A stretch of DNA of 64,000 nt from NCBI RefSeq assembly GCF_035594765.1, contig NC_085841.1, forward strand, positions 100,797,574-100,861,573. Reading direction: 5' to 3'. Positions within the stretch are counted from its first letter, which is position 1, and each line of letters begins with the position of its first letter. Made by a program: the position numbers and the translations under genes. This document shows, piece after piece, positions 12,201 through 27,200 of the stretch. The notes beneath the pieces were generated by a model, which worked only from the letters and a program-made list of their open reading frames with translations, was not told where the DNA came from and did no database searches. This stretch comes from Anolis carolinensis. Lineage: Eukaryota.

Positions 12201-15200
12201 CAGCCCTAAAAAGGTAGTCTTTAGGGATGCTCTATCTTACCCATTGGGCTCCTATTTCAAATATCTACTCAGTAGTAAGTCCTACTGAACCCAGTGGTGT
12301 CCAGAGAGTCTGGACAGGAATGCAGCCACAAGTGCCTTGCTTGCATTGGATTGCACTGCCTTTTGTTACTAGAGTTTTTAATTTGTCTATAAACTTCTTT
12401 AGAAAACCATCAAAGCAACTTTGTGACACATGAATTTACCTGAGCCAAGCGTTCTTTGAGTGCACTGTTATCTTTAGTGGAGCCAAACTTTTTCTTCAGG
12501 GCAATCATCTTGTCTACTCCATCTCTTCTCACTTCACTGATGATTTCAAACATGCGTTGGCTCAGGCTTAAGCGATATTCATCCACTTTTCCCTGAAACC
12601 AAAACCAAGAGCCAAAATGTGCAGCCATTGCTTGAAGTAATACAAATGTTTACAAGAGACATAAAATTCTGTAAGATTTTTCAGATTTAATAAGCAAATA
12701 TAAAATCTCATAACTGTTGATGTGATTAATTCCTATATCAATGTATTTTATATAAGTTGGTACCTAACCACTTTCTGTATAAATTCAGGGCCTAAATGAA
12801 ACATTGAGATTGGCACAGATCTATCAGAGGAATTTCTCTGCTGTGGAGGTAAGTCAGTTTCATTCAGCAGTTAAATGAAAGGTATAGAAATGTTATATAA
12901 ATAACATTATAGACTATATAAAATCCAAAAACAAATGGGGTTGCAGTTCATGGTTAGATATGCCATACTTTTCTGAATTATAGCTTTTCCAGACACAAAC
13001 CACAAATAGAACACATTTCTCTGCCACCAGGCATTTACAAACTGATAAGGACTGGACTTTAAATGCTAAGCGATTGGTATTTTGGTGTTTGTTTAAAGTT
13101 TTTAATAAATCTTAATATTTAAATACTTAATGGCTTTGATAATATGAATTTCAGGAGAGGCACTTTACCATTTTTTTGTCAGAGGAAGGGCTTTTTGGAA
13201 GTCAGGGGCAACAGACCCCCAGTTTTGGGGTCCACATCAACTCCAGGGATGAAGTTGTTCCATCCATGTAGTAAGTAAGGTGACATTCTCCATATTTTAC
13301 ATTCAGGTGTATCTTCTATACGTACTTTGAGATGCACACACGTCATAAACATGCTTTGCACTAATGCTTCATAATCCTCCTGTACTTCCTTTCTTATCTT
13401 CTCTCTGAGGCTATGATTTTCTTCTTGGAGATCTGCGGTTTTGGCTCTCAGAGCCGTTATCTCCATAATCATGTCATGATTCATCTCTGCTACCTGTTAG
13501 AATGAGAGATTATGCAAACAAGCCTATTAATAAATCTTTTCATCATTCAGTTTCTCAAAAAGACAAGTTAAGATTTCTGAGGGACAACTCTGGTGCTGTG
13601 GTCGTTGTGTGTCTTCAACGTATGCATCCCAAGGCATGGGGTTTGTGGGCAAGGTTTGTTCAAAGGTGGTTTGTCGTAGCCTTCCTCTGAGGATGAGATT
13701 GCGTGATTTGCCCAAGGTCACCCATGGGCTTCTACAGCCGAGTGGGAATTCAAACAATGATCTCTACAGCTGTTGACCAACACACACACCACCACTGTGG
13801 TTTATCTGGAGTTATCTGAATAAAAATAATAAACTTAATGCTTCCACTCACCTGACTGAGATTCAGCTCAGCATTTACCCCCTTGTCCTCTGTTGTAGCC
13901 ATTTCCTGAAATAGAATCAAACAACATATTTTAAGTAGGCTCTCCCTTAAAAATTACTAGCAGACATCCCTTGACTCACTCAATTCAACAATCACAAGGG
14001 AACCGATCCCAGGACAAACAAAAAGTACAACACACTGCCCCTTTCACCCCATAAGAAGGGAGAGTATGAGAAATACTTGTTCTTTTTTATAGAGGAGCTG
14101 ATGCTGCCGGTGGAGTATATTTTCATAAAACATGGAGTAGTTTTCAAAGTTGCTGCGTTCCCTGGCCATGACATCACATCCGAGAGCTGTGAGGCACTTT
14201 TGTAAGTGGTCTTTCTGAAAGGAAATCTGGGGAGAAAAATTAAAGTGGCCCAGTCAATTAAATGCACATAAGGAAATCTAATTGCTTCTCATGCTTCCTC
14301 CATGGTTAATGACCCTGGGATTATATGCTCTGAATATTTTTCAGCTCCCATGCTTTATTCCCCCAAATCTTAGAAGCTTTCCACCCATTGGAATTGATGG
14401 TCTATGTACCTCTGCTTCTGATTCTTGGTGATTTTCCATTAGTCTTTGTATAAATGACTCAACTATTTCTGGTCTTGTGACAGAGAAGATTTCTTGCATG
14501 CTATGATGCTTCCAGAGTTCTGGAAAAAAAAACCCAGGGCAAACATGTTCACCACGAAAAGTTATGTTACCTTGATTTCATAACAAGCTACTATACCATG
14601 CCCATGCTTATTATGTTGTGTGTGTGTACATTTCTTTTTTTAAAAAAAATATTTTTTTATTACATTACTGTTCATTTTGTTACAAAGAAAAGAAAAATCT
14701 TTACAATTCATATAATTATTATTTTTTCCTTTCTACCCATTGTGCTCCCCATCACCGGAATCCATTTCTTTATAGTTCAACCAGAACCTCATTTCTTCTG
14801 GTGGGGGTTGATTCCCATCTTCTCTCCTTAATGTTTCTTCGATAAATTTCTTCCATATACTTTTTAAATCATTTTTCTTCCTTAGGCCTTTTTTAACATT
14901 CAAATTGCATGTTAATTTATCATTTATTGCTAATTTCCAAATTTACTTGTACCAATTTTCTATTTTAATTTCTAATTTCTTGCTATTAATAACCTTGTTA
15001 GCAACATTGTTATCAAATTCTTTTCATTTTCTTTCCATTCACATGTTTTATAAATAGATAACAGTATAGTCGCTGGGTTTGTATTGATTTTTTTCTTCAT
15101 GATACTCTATTTCTACTATGACCTTTCCCCAAAAACTCTGTACATACTTACATTCCCACCACATATGAATATATGTCCCCCTTTCTTGCCAACCCCTCCA

Positions 15201-18200
15201 AAATTTTTCTGAACAGCTCTTATCTATATTATGTATCTCTATTGAGGTCAAATACCACTTCCATACTATCTTGTAGTAGTTTCCTTTTATTCTAATTGAT
15301 AATTTTTTGAGATGCCTTGCTTTCCATATTTTTTCCCAATTTCTTTCTCCTACTTTTATTCCCAGTTCTTCCTCCCATATTTCCCATGTTAATATCCCTT
15401 TCCTCCCCCCTTTAATCTCTATTAATATTTTATATATCATACTGGTTATCCCTTTCGGATATTCATTTCCCTCTTTAGTCTGTTGTTTTAATGCTACGGT
15501 ATATTTTCAAATTTTGTTGGTTCTCTTCCAGCCGACCTCTTTCTTTGCCAATTTTGGAACCATTGATCTAGTTGGGCCCAATGAAGCCATGATATATTTA
15601 AGTCACCTAGGATTCCCTTTATGTTGTTTTTCTCCTTTATTTGTTCCCTCCAACTTCCACTTTTGTCTAATTTCTTCCTTTTCAAACACATTTTTTAAGT
15701 TTTTAGGGAATTTCTTCTCCCTTATCACTGGCATTATTTTGGAATTCTCTTTAATGAGGTGGCATTTATATTTATTCCATGTTATTAATACGTTTTTTAA
15801 TAATACATTTCCCATTTGGTTTATTTCCTTTTTTGAATATTCCTTAAAAATATTTTTTCTAGTCTCATTTTTATATCTTTAGTAATTGTTTCCATCCAGT
15901 CTATATCCACTTTATTTAGCATCCCTTCTACCACATGTCTCAACTGGTTTGCTTCATAATAACTTTTGATTTTGGGTAATCCTAGTCCTCCTTCCTTTTG
16001 TGGTTTGTACCAATAGCATTTTATTCTATTTTTTCCCATTATTAAAAAAATTGTTTGTAAATTGTTGCCATTTGTTCAGTTCAATTTCTGATATTTTGAG
16101 GGGTATCATTCTAAATAAGAAATTTACTTTAGGTAATAATTTCATTTTGAATAAGGCAATTCTGCCAAAACAGGACAAATGTATGTTGTTATATTCATTC
16201 AATCTTTTTTCTGTCTCTTTCCTCAATGCCTTTAAGTTTTTCCTTTCCATTTCACTTGGGTCCTTAGTTACTACTATTCCTAGATATTTTATATTTTCTT
16301 TTAGAGTTATTTTGATCTCCCTCCGATTTTTGAAATCTTCCGCTTCTTGCTTTGTGTAATTAAATAGTATCATTTCTGATTTTTTCCAATTTATTTTCAG
16401 CCCTGTTATTTCTCCAAACTTCCTTATATGCTCCCCTATTACTTCCATTTTATCTGCTATTCCTTTTAAAGTCAAAGTTGTGTCATCGGCAAACAAGCTA
16501 ATTTTATCTGAATCTTTTCCTATCCCTATTAATTTATTGTCATTTCTAATTACGTTTACCAATAATTCTATTGTGACTGCAAATAATATTGGTGACATAG
16601 GGCATCTCTGCCTAGTCCCTCTTGTTACCTTTATTCTATCAGTTATCCCATCATTATGTACATTTCTTTGAGACTGAAAAATATGAGATATGAAGCATAA
16701 TCCTTTCCAACAATAATCATAATAAAAATACACACACACACACACACCTAGGCATGGTGAGGGGAAAGGTTTCTAGTGATAATAACTGCATTGTGGCAAT
16801 CTTCCTTTCTCATACACTGTTCCCCATACACCTCATTCACCTAGTTTTGAATGTAAATAAAAAAATCTGTGGCTGTTAACTACTCAATGATCAAGGTTGT
16901 GTACTGTAGACCAACAATATGATTTCCCAAGATCTCAGCAGATGGTGTGCTGTATATGCACATGTAGAAGTTAATCTCAGATACATTGAGAGAAGATTTT
17001 GATATAACTTATGGGTAAGTTGAGGTTCAATCCATGGGAAGGGGAAATGGCAATATTTGTCTCAGGAAGTCAGCCACCATTGGCCACAGCCACCATTAGC
17101 CACTGCCACCATTTCCTTGCCCAGGCATTCAAAAAAGTGAAGAGAGCAGGGGTGGTTGGTGTTTCTTTTAGGTTTGACTGGGATGGACTAAGCTCTTGAC
17201 TTCTGCCACTCATGCAGAGAAGTGGGTAGTTCCTTTTCTGTTAAGGTACAGTAGAGTCACATAGGCTTGCGGAAAAGGAGACCCAGTTTGGGGAAGGGGT
17301 TGTTTTTTCTATTAACATTTCTATACTTTTATATGAGTATATAGGGTGATCATTTTGGATCTGTCCAGATACTTGTCTAGTCCCATTAGGGGAGGGGGTC
17401 TACAGGGGCTAAATGGTGTATTTATTTATCTTGTGTAATAAGCATTGCATAATAAATAAGTTTAAAACTGATAAAGAGATCACAAGCAGATAGTTTTAGA
17501 CCAAAAGCGAACAACAGCGACTGCATTGTTTGTAGCTTTAAACAATTCTTCCTCTGTGCATGAGGCAGGGCATTGTGGGCAAGCACACAGATGTGGAGTT
17601 GTTTGTTCTGCTCCACAGTCACACAAGGTGGAAGATTCTTCTACGTAGCGCCATCTTGCCAGGTTGTCTTTGATCTTCCCGCTCCGCTTCTGAGTCTGTT
17701 CAGGGACTTCCAAGTTGACCATTCTTCGCTTGCCTCCGTAGGCAGACCCTCCTGGAGGGCCATCCAGTTGGGATTGCCTGGCTTAGCTGTCCAGAGGGAC
17801 ACTCTTGCTGTTGCTGGGGAAATATTTAGAGGAACGGGGGTTCTCATGAAGCTTTTCCTTGATTTGAGTCTACTGGGAGGAGGCTGATAGCCATGCAGTG
17901 GATGGTTTTCACAGTGTTCAACCTTATTTCTCCCAGTTAGCAGCAACTTCCCGTTACACATCGAGGGTGGGGGACAATGCCAGCTAGCTTGTAGAGTTTA
18001 TCAACAGGTGTAGGTTTAAGGTATCCTGTAATTATTCTGCTAAATGGTGAGGGGAGGGCTTTGGTCATTGTGGAAGTTGGAATATCAGCCTCTGCGATAC
18101 CCCCACCCCTAACCCAACACACACAAAAATTTCAGAATTCACAGCTCAAAAATATTTTTTAAAAATATTACAAAAAGCAAACCTTGATTTAGCCATTTTA

Positions 18201-21200
18201 TATAAAAGGCACTCTTTTACTTTTCCATTGTACATAATGGTATCCACAGCAGTCTTGGAACCAAAGTACAGCTGATTCCAAGGGGGCCTGTGATTCTTCT
18301 TTTCTTACTACTGCAAAATCCCCTGGCATCCTGGAGAATTTGAAATGGTCCACCCTCAACCTCACCACCCCAAATTCCATAGGAACCAGTCATAGCAGTT
18401 GAAGTGGAATCATAGTGCTGTAATTATGTACATGTGAAAGAGACTTCAGACACCAGGGCATATGACTCCCGCTAGTCCTTCAGCCCCCTTTCCTTCTCTT
18501 CTAAGCAAACCTTAGAGGTAGAGGCATGATAACCTGCATATTAAATATGTTCAAGTTATTACCAGTAGGGAGGTTTCTCTCGTGTCTTGCTTTTTCAGAT
18601 ATAACCAATGTTATCTCTTTGTTGACTTTCTTTTGTACATCATGAATCATATGTACTTCTAGACTTTCCAGGAGTTTTTGCAGCTAGTATTAAAAAAGCA
18701 GAAAATAACATTTAATGGTTTTTCTATCTTCTCATTTAGCAATCGGGGGGAAAATAGGATTCTCCCAATAATATTAATAATAGTAAGAACATAATCATTT
18801 TAAATTTACATGTGCCAAATTCAAACATAATACATCTGACAAGAAATGGGTACTGTAGGATACTATATTTGAAGGCAAAGATGAAACTTTGATATCTTCT
18901 GCTCTGTTTTTCTTAGGCACACTTTACCTGGTATGTTTTTATCTCAACTTGTGAGGCTTCTTTAAGGGGGTACACAGACTGGGATGTGGCTCCAAATCCT
19001 TCAAATTCAACTTCTATGCCTCTGCGTCTCATAGCTGGACACAAAACTTCAACACTAGAAAAATGCAGAGACACAGGCATTGTGTCCTCCAGTCTAATTT
19101 GTCATAATCATTTGCACAAATATATAATTCAGTACAGCTTTGTTAATGAGAATTTTAACTCTGTAGCACTAAACTGCATTGACACCAAAGTGTACTCCAA
19201 TGTCTCTCACACAGCAGTGGGGAAGCTTAGCTTGTTGCACCTAAGGCTACAGAAGGAGGCTTGCAAAATTAAATGCTTCTTCTTTTGAAAATATTCCTCC
19301 ACATACAAAATATTACCATGTCAAGGTAGGGATGTGGGAGGAATTAGTCCAGGTACAATATTGGCATGAATTCATCATGTTCAGCAGTGGAAACCTAGAA
19401 GTGAACCAGAATGCACCTACACATTTGAAATCCACTTTTATTTTAATGCAGTTCAGAAAAAGAGCATCTAGGAATGTATATGTTGTCATTATTGTTCGGT
19501 GCCTTCAAGCAGTCCCTGAATCAGCTCACCAGTATCACCCATTCCATTTATGTCAGAAAGGTCTGTTCATATTTTCTGAGGGTCTGTAGATTTATGACCT
19601 CATCACATTGAAGTCCTGAAGTCAGGCGACAGAGGAAGAATCTGTGGGGCAGCGCGGCAAATCCATGGGGCAATGGAGGAAACTGTCGCCCTGTGCCCTG
19701 CATCACCCACATCGCCTCCTTCCCAATCACACGGGGAAAGCCATCGCAGTCTGGCTTTCCCCATCACTGTCCCCAGCTCACTCAATCAGAACATGGGCAG
19801 TCACCTGTGAATTCTTCCTCCCAACATGTTTTCAACATGAAGCCGGCACAAAGCCCTGATGTAACTAGCACTATGCCATGTGATAGGCTGTATCGGCTCT
19901 GTGCTGAAAGCATCCTAGGATGGGACAAAAGCCCCATGTGATGATGCCCTTCATGGCTGAAACCAGACAGGTCACCTGATGTTAATGCTTTCTGTATGCA
20001 TCACAGCATGGAATAGTGGTTTGAGTGTTGGATTAGACACTGGGAGACCAACATTCAAATCCCCACTAAGACATTAAAACTCACTACATGATCTTGAGCA
20101 AAACACACACTCTCAACCTCTTCTTAAAAAATCTGAAAACCCTGTGATAGGTTTGCCTCGAAGCATCATAAGTCATAAATAACACTGAGGCACACAACAA
20201 CAAAGCATTGTATTATTTAAATATCTAATCCTGGTTTCTTTGTTTTATCAGTTCAGCATTCTGCATTTGGTTTTTGCTTCTTACACTGTGACAAAGAAAT
20301 CCCAGATAAGAAAAAGAAAGACTTTTTTTAACCCTCCCTCTCACACGAAAAAGTGCTGAGGATTGTTTTATTTATTTATTGTCATCTGCACTTTTGTGGT
20401 TTTATATTTTTACTGCAATTTTCACAACAGAATGTAACTTACCTATATAGCTCGGAAAACTGTTTATATAGAGCAATTGTATTAATATCCTCGACTTTCA
20501 ATTTAAGTCTTCCCCATTCTGCTTTCAATGTTTCAAGCTGCTTCCATAGAATTAGATAAGATTTCTGTGGGGCACATGAGGCCATTGAATTGAGCAGCTC
20601 CAAAGGTGCTTCTGAGGGTTTTCCACTTGCTTCAGCAATTGTTGCCAAATCTAGCTGAAGGTATTATTGCAAAATGCAATATCAGAGATATTTTTGGAAA
20701 TAGCCTTAAAGACAGTACTTGTTGACAGAGCTGCAAATTACAGACTTGGAAAATGCAACAAGATTTGTGTTTGTTTATTAACTCATTATATGTATATCCA
20801 ATCCTTTCCTGTAAGGAGTTAATGGTAGGATATACGGTCCTCTGCTCCATTTTTACCACCAAAATTGCTCTGTGTGAAATAGCTTAGGCTGAAAGATTGT
20901 GACTATCCGAAGGTCATTTTCTAGTGAATAACCACATCTAAACTTGAACCCTAACCTCTTCAGTCATATTCCAGTGGTTTAACCACTACAACGACCTTGG
21001 ATTAAATCCAGTTGTTAACCTCATATAGAGCAGTGCTTCTTAAACTGAGGGTCCTGACCTCAAATGGGGTCACCTTAACTCACTGTTGGGGCCAGAAAAA
21101 AATGGCAACAATGAAAAGTTTCTGAATGCAACCAATTTACACAAATCTGATATCAACAATGTGGAGTGTTTACAGTGGATTCTGCAGAAAATGCTTCAGC

Positions 21201-24200
21201 TACTCCACAAAAAGAAAATTCAGCCTGTTTAGAAAGCCTTGCAAATGCTGATTTTTTGAAGTACAGTAAATGTTTTATTTTTATACCTATTTATATATGC
21301 ATATACTTAGAATCACATAAACATTTCTTGGACAGAAAAAGGTCACAAATAGACAAAGTGAGTAGACCCACTGGGGAACTATGTGATCTACCCACAGTGT
21401 TCTATTATGATACATTCCAACAAGAGATTTTGTTGAATTTGTGGTTTAACTCTCTTGGGTAAAAAACATAGGAGTGAAACAAAATTAAGAAAGTGAAACA
21501 TATTAGCTAAACTGAATTCCTTAAATGTCTATGGCTATACATACTAATGTATTAAACATTAAAAATATGATAAGCTGTATCTTATCAATTTTACCTTTTT
21601 GAAAGATGTTTGCTGGCTGCTCAGGTCACTTGGCGTTTCATAATTATTCAAGAGGACATCTTCTATTATGAATTGCATCCCAACCAGCTCCCCATGAGCA
21701 GTTTTTCGTTCCTCATAATTCAGTCCACACAGACATAACTAAGAAAAATAGAAAACTTAATTGCTTAAGATGCCCCTAGAAAGAAAATCTCAGATGATTT
21801 TTTTCAAAATTAAAGTTCATCCTTACATGTCCAAGGGACTAGAACAGAATTTATTGTTCTTCTGTACTACAGTATTTAACAAGTAACCTGCGTTACTCAT
21901 TAAACTACTACAGTAGAGTCTCACTTAGCCAACATAAATGGGCCGGCAGAACGTTGGATAAGCAAATATGTTGGATAATAAGGAGGGATTAAGGAAAAGC
22001 CTAATAAACATCAAATTAGGTTATGATTTTACAAATTAAGCACCAAAACATCATGTTATACAACAAATTTGACAGAAAAAGTAGTTCAATACGCAGTAAT
22101 TACTGTATTTACAAATTTAGCACCAAAATATCACTGTGTTTTGAAAACATTGACTACAAAAATGCATTGGATAATCCAGAATGTTGGATAAGTGAGACTC
22201 TACTGTACTTTAAAAAAGAGATAGAGAATAGCATAACAATGAACGTTCTTAACAAAATGCTTTTAACGTGTATTTAAAAGTCAATTAAAATGAGACAGAC
22301 ATTCCTGTTCCCTCTACCAGTAACCTCTACCCAAATTTTCATATTCGTTTTTAAATATAACTTTCTTACACCTCATTCGTGCTCCAAAGGTAACTCATTG
22401 GAGACAGTTACATTATCTGTACCTAATTGGTCCCAAGCTCCGAGAGAAAGAGAAGAAACTAATAAAATGCTGTATATATTTGAGTATAAGCCAACTTGAA
22501 TATAAGCCGAGGCACCTAATTTTACCAACAAAAACTGAGAAAACTTATTGACTCGAGTACAAGATGAAGGTGGGAAATGCAGCAGCTACTGGTAAATTTC
22601 AAAATAAAAATAGATACCAATAAAATTACATTAATTGAGGCATCAGTCCGTTAAATGTTTTTGGATATTTACATAAAACTGCAATTTAAGATAATAGTAA
22701 TAAGACTTTAATAAGATAAGATTGTCTAACTCTGATTACCTATATACTTGAGTATAAGCCAACCCAAATATAAGCTGGCCAGGACCCTCACTTGAGTATA
22801 AGCTATAGATACTATAGATACCTAAAAAGGGCTAAAAACTCATCTTATACTTGAGTTTATACGGTATTTATTTAAGAGGGTGATTCTAATACAGGAACAA
22901 GGATCTGAGTTAAAATACTGAGATTTGGTTGCAGCACACACACACACCCTCGATACTAAAACCCATGGATGCTCATACCTGCATGCAGTAATCTATGGGA
23001 TTTAGATTGTCAATAACAACAGGGAATGAGCTGCTATTTGCTTGAAAGGTTCTCCATGGAAATAACATATCTGCCTAAAATAAAGAATTGTAATATCAGA
23101 AAAACAGTAATTTCTCCAAGAACGTGTGTGTGTGTGTGTGTGTGTGTTTATAAATAAAGTTTTGCTAACCAGAATGTTTGCTCCTCTCAAGGGCTGGCCA
23201 ACCATTAGGCAGAGTGAAACCGCAATTTCACAAATTGTCATAAAAAGGGTAAGCAAATGGGCAGTTGTTTCATTTGGCATTATTATTGTCTGACTGGCAG
23301 CAATGAGAACAGAAGCTTTAATCACACAAGACAGGCAAATCACAATTACAGCAGTACAACAGCATCTTTGCTTTGGACTTATCACATGCCACTATGTCTT
23401 TCCCAGTGCTCATCCAGAAGGAGACCACAGGAAGGTGCTCCTTTTACAGACATAGATAATCAATTAATTGCTTCCTTTTGTAAAATAAAAGCCTTCCAAC
23501 TGTCTCCCACTGGAGAGTAGTGAGAAAAAAGTGATGTCACGTGATAAGTCAAAGAAAAAGACAATGTTGTCTTGCTGTAATTACAATTTGCCTGCCATAT
23601 GTGATAAATTCCCAGATGTTATTGGCTTTTCTCTGCCATGGATAAAAGTAGCCTGACTGTCTTTAGGGATTATGCAGCTTGTCTAGTGGTGGATGGAGAG
23701 GACAATCTGTTGTTTTGTCTTTAGCACCAACATGGCACTACATGGACAAACATCAACAAGGAAGAGCATATGGAGATTCAGGAGGAATTAAAGATTCATT
23801 TTAAAGGAATGAAGAGATTCTGAAGGAGTAATACCTTTTTGATATTGCTATTGAGTTTTGTCCCTATGCAGATGGTGACCGCATGAAGGTCCAGCAACCG
23901 TGCCCCCGTCCTGCTCCACCACCCCAGTGTGGCATTTCCCCTGACAGTACTCTCAATACCTGCACCTTAGCCAGAGTCCTTCCCAAAATGGCTGGAGTGA
24001 TGTGGTATCATTTCTTATAGTCATTTTGAGAAGATCTCTGGAAGAAATAGACATCTTTCAGGTGCTGGAATGCAGCTGTGTGGGGGTGCAAGTGTTTCAT
24101 GCATTTGGGGACTTTCTGCGCTTTTCATACATGTATTTAAAAAAATGGGGATTGTAAAAAGGAGCTTCTGAGAATGCAGAAGTAGAGTCTAGGGACTACA

Positions 24201-27200
24201 TGTCCCTGTGGGCTGCACTTTGCCTGCCTCTGTTGTAAACCAATGTGTTCAATCAGCAAAAACTATGGACTGGACCACATCAGACTGAAATAATGATATA
24301 TAATAAATAAAACTTTATTTATATCCTGCTACCATCTCCCCAGGATATTTATTTATATCCTGCTACCATCTCCCCTGGAGCCTGGGTGGCGAAGTGTATT
24401 AAAGCACTGAGCTGCTGAACTTGCAGACCGAAAGGTCCCAGGTTCAAACCCCGGGAGCGGCGTAAGCGGCCGCTGTTAGCTCCAGCTTCTGCCAACCTAG
24501 CAGTTCGAAAACATGCCAATGCGAGTAGATCAATAGGTACCGCTCCAGCGGGAAGGTAACGGTGCTCCATGCAGTCATGCTGGCCACATGACCTTGGAGG
24601 TGTCTATGGACAACGCTGGCTCTTCGGCTTAGAAATGGAGATAACCATCAACCCCCAGAGTCGGACACGACTGGACTTAACATCAGGGGAAACCTTTAAA
24701 AAGGTAAAGGTAAAAGTTTCCCTGACGTTAAGTCCAGTCATGTCTGACTCTGGGGGTTGGTGCTCATCTCCATTTCTAAGCCTTTATCTTTACCTTTTTA
24801 CCATCTCCCCAGGGCGGATTACAAGGCACTCTGGGGTGCACATATAACATACAACAGGTAAAAAAAGTACAAAACAAGTCATGTAAAATTATAACAACAA
24901 CACCTGTCAACACATTTAGCTTAAAATCAAAATAATACAATTTTAAAGCAATAGTAATTAAAACTAACAGCCATCAGTTCATAAAGTGCTAAGTGTCAAC
25001 TTCATAGGGGCCCATTCAGCCTACTCAAGGTCAAAGGCCTCTTTGAACATCCATGTTTTCAGGTTGGAACGGAAAGATTGAAGGGTGGGGTTAATCTAAT
25101 CTCTTTTGGGGGTATTCCAGAGCCAGGGGACCACCACAGAGAAGGCCCTCTCTCTCGTCCCCACCAACAGCACTTGAGACAGTGGTGGGACCAAGAGAAG
25201 GGTCTCCCCTGTCAATTTCAGAGCTTGCTCCGGTTCATAGAAAGAGATGCGGTCACAAAGATAGGTTGGACCCGAAGCGTGTAGGGCTTTATAGGTAACC
25301 TGCACCTTGAATTGAGCCCAGAAACTTGTCAGAAATATTATTATTATTATTATTATTATTCCATAACTGTGTGAAATGGCATTGCTCAACAAAAGTAAAC
25401 ATATCTGCCTTTTAGAGATTGCATCATCTCTTTCTAGCATTCAATGTTGTCCTCTGCACACAGACGCTCCCATTTTAGTAGTGAGTAATAACCAACTATA
25501 AGCAGAAATTACAATTTTGCACACACACGGCCACATTTGTGAGTTGCAGTGAGAGTCATGATCTGGGCTTATGATGACAGTGTAAAAGAGGGGGCATAGG
25601 CTTGCCATATAAAGCTGCCGTCACCTCCCCCCCAACAGCCAGAAAGAGAACAGCCAAACCTATCTCCCAATGAATCTTGTATGATGCACAAACACAAAAT
25701 AGGTTAAAGCTACTGCATTCTAAATAAATAAGGTCATATGATTGGAAGAATTTTCTATCTATAACTTTAAAAATCCATTTTACTCACTCTGCGGCCATGT
25801 GGATCTAATGGCTGTGGCAGCTGGAACTGGGAAGCAAAGAGACTTCCAACTACGGCATTACTTAGAAGAGGCAATCCATGGTAAATGTTGTCCGTAATAT
25901 TCTGATAGGCACAAATGTTCCCAGAGGATAAAAAGGCTTCACTGAAAAGTGGCCAGAAGAATAAATAAATCACATTTTAAAGGCAAATACTTATATTGTA
26001 TTTGATCTGCCATTCAAAGAGCTCCGTTAAATGTTTTATTTATGAAAAACTTTGCCTGCAAGTGACACAGGAATTGTGCTTTGATGAGATATTACTTTTT
26101 TAAGGGAGCTGAACATTTATTTTACTCATTCTGACTGACAAAGGCTTTGCTTTGTTGATAGAAGCATTTTGCTGGAAACCTTATTTTCCTATGATATTTA
26201 AATACACATCCTTCTACATAATTGTTGGGCAGGTTTACGAATCTGGTGAATTGAACTAGCCAATTTTCAGTTTCTCTATAGTTCCAGAGTTCCATATGGT
26301 ATTATCATGGTTGCCATTTTGGTCTGTTTGGGTTTCTATTTATTAAGTTTTTACTCTTTCTGGACAGGGAGCACCTTGAAAAATACACAATGTTACTATA
26401 AAAGAATTCTTACTCTTTAATTTGCCTGAAAATGACTTGTTTTTTGGCTGACATTTCAGGGGAATGATAATAGGAATCCTAAAGACTGCATGATTCATAA
26501 TCTTCTCCTGTAGCAACAAAAGTTATTGAAATGAAGTGGGAGTGTGAAGTCATCTATAGTATTAACATTTACAAGAGTTAGATCAGTTTGTCATGATTTT
26601 CTTGTCATAATTCTAATCCTTGTTCTACTCTCACTAGTTCAGTTTTACCAATTTCCTTGTCCATGTGCATTTAGGAAATGATTGTCTCCCCATAGAAGAG
26701 ACATGCAAGTTTTCCCTTCAAATGCTATTTTAAAAGGTCACCGAAAGACACAAGAATGGGCACGTTCATGCCCATGTCAGTGTCTTGGTTCTAAAAGCAA
26801 AGATCAAGGTGCCTTTCCAATATACAGCAACTAACTCGACTAGCAGCTGAATCTTATTTTGATATTGCCATTGGACAAACATAGCTCTTGCACTGAACTG
26901 AGGGAAATGGTTGGGAGGGAGGCTAACACCTGAGGCATTTGCCTAATTCTGTCAGCCCTTTAAGTATTATACCATAGGGCACTACCAATTTTCTTTCCTC
27001 CCCTCAAAAACACATAGCTGTAAGACACCTGCTGATTAGGAAGGACCTGACTTTCTGAGCGTTGATATCTTACCGCATTGAATGCCGAACAGCTGCATCA
27101 AACTGCAGAAGCAAAAGTTCTCTGTGCATGCTCAACATCTGAGCAACTTTCTTAGGATCTGTGGGGTTGTGGAGATAATCTATTTTCTTCTGTAGTTCTT

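Noticed and set aside
15307-16671. Plus-strand ORFs (191, 119 and 63 aa) rich in F/I/L/S
   Set aside because: Antisense shadows of the A-rich L1 ORF2 fragment.
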